Source: Eledone cirrhosa (taxonomy: Eukaryota). Taken from it: a DNA stretch of 64,000 bases. The position numbers and the translations under genes were made by a program. The number at the start of each line of letters is the position of its first letter. Position 1 is the first letter of the stretch. The stretch is taken from assembly GCA_964016885.1 (NCBI GenBank), contig OZ024741.1:146754001-146818000 (forward strand). Direction: 5' to 3'. Below the pieces are notes generated by a model. It was not told the DNA's origin and searched no databases. It worked only from the letters and a program-made list of their open reading frames with translations. Positions 62,103-64,000 of this stretch are shown here, one piece after another.

Positions 62103-64000
62103 TTTAAAAGGAGTAGTTTTGTATCATAAATCCAGAACAGCTTTAGGTGGTTTGGCATCAAAAATGTTAATATTTCAATTGAATCGATTTTTTAGTGTCA
62201 TCTTTGATGACATTCACCAAAAGTGGCATGCAGTGGATTTGAACTTTAAACTCAGTGGCTCCTAACCAGAAGATCATGTGCCAAAAGCTTTTACAACCAG
62301 CATGTACCCTTCTGCAATGTAAAGCAACAGTTTACTTGCAAAAATATAAAAATCACTTCTATAAAACTGGCTGCTTTTCTATATAAACGCCAATGAGTTA
62401 TAAAGTCAATTACTCTCTAAAATTTGTTTTAACCCTTTAGCATTTAAACCACATTTTATGATGTTAGATTTGCCACCAATTTTGATTATGAGCATTCAGT
62501 CATTCTATCAACTGAGCATCTGGTTCATGAATTGACATTTAAGTGGCTGAGTATTATACAGACGTGTACACGTAGCATAATTCTCAAAAGAACATAATTC
62601 ACAAAAGCGCCATAATCCATTCAACAGGCTTCCACAGAGTTTGTGTACACAATTTCACTCACAAAGCTTTGGTCAACCTGAGACTATAGTAAAGACACAT
62701 TACTCAAGATGCTCTGCAATGAGATCAAAACCCTACATCGTGACTGTGAAGCAAACTTCTTAACCACTCAGTTATGCTTATTTTATAATCCACACTTATG
62801 TTGTAATGACAAAGTGGATGTGCAAGATTAAAATAAATATTTTCTCAGTAAAATCTCTCATTGAAGCAACAAGTTACCTCTTTACCCTAGTTTTATCAGC
62901 AAACTGTCACTGTTTCTTAGTTTATCCACACACCTGCCATTCTCTCCACACTTAATCCATCTGTATATATTTACAAATACTGGTACATGACACTCCATCA
63001 AGCTACTTATGACATCTATGAGGGTATATATGTATATATGTATGTGTGTGTGTGTGTGTATATGCGTGTGTGCATGTGTGTGTATATATTGTTAGTGCTT
63101 ATCGCTGGTATGCATGCCTCTCTTTGTAAACAGAGAAGAATGGGTGAACAGAGATCAATAGATAGATCTCATATTCCTTGAGGGTGAAATGTGTCATATT
63201 CTATCCCAGTGATTATAGGTAATGGAAGATAAGGACATATAGCAATGTCTGTATTATGTTACAAAGATATCTATTACATTATACACAATATATAATATAA
63301 CTTTTTTCCTCCCCAAATGATGTGTTTTACATATATATATATTCTTCTAACAGTAGTAGGACATGGCTATACAAGTTCTAAATTTACCACAAACAAAGGT
63401 TTCCTGGTGTCTGTTTTGTCAGATATCTGTAAAAGCTGATGGCTGAATTCTTATTGTCATTACTACACTTGATGTAAGCACCAAGTATTCTCCTCACAAT
63501 GTTCTTTAATTCAGCAGAACTGGCTAGAATATCATGACATTTATCTATGAAAGAAATCTATATTTCCTAAACAGGATAGATGAACAGTACTCTCAACAGT
63601 ACTTCTAAATATTTAATATATTTTTCCACCCTGTTGTCCATTTCATTCTTCATCTGTCACACAGTCATAAAAATTCTACTCTGATCATTTTCTTGCTTTA
63701 TTGTAATTTTACATTCGAATCTACTTGATGAGAGAACAGTTGCTGAGTAATTCTGCATATCTATGAGGTCACTAACTCTAAAAGGTTTGATGTGTGCATG
63801 TCTGTATTAAAGGATATAAAGTGTTGGTAGCTGTGATGCAAATGGTCTGCCTAGCATATATACACATGTATGTATCACATATGTGATGTTGGTAGCTGTG
63901 ATGCAAATGGTTTGCCTCTGCATGTGTGTTTCTATATGTGATGTTGGGAGATGTGGTGTAAATGATTTACTGTGCGTGTATATACATGTTTTTATTATAG

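Overview
This is repeat-dominated, AT- and microsatellite-rich animal DNA. A coleoid cephalopod (octopus-like) origin is inferred from the SINE/LINE types only. No host protein-coding gene is confidently visible, and most short ORFs in the track are satellite, microsatellite or antisense-LINE artefacts. Main content: (1) A very homogeneous ~505-507 bp tandem satellite, 22 full units plus a partial (1-11305). (2) A short GC-rich spacer and then an apparently intact RTE-clade LINE (APE endonuclease + RT, ORF 11810-14797). It has a C4HC3 PHD finger inserted inside the RT domain, an overlapping out-of-frame upstream ORF, a repeated-hairpin 3'UTR and a covarying 3' stem-loop with a (GAT)n tail. (3) Many truncated or nested copies of at least three subfamilies of this LINE. 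(4) Several Penelope-type remnants that combine type-I hammerhead ribozyme motifs with partial inverted duplications; the motifs at 15911-15994 and 31557-31619 have complete cores. (5) tRNA-derived SINEs with target-site duplications (TSDs), a bipartite non-autonomous RTE, a non-autonomous Helitron and a 95-bp palindrome-rich tandem repeat.
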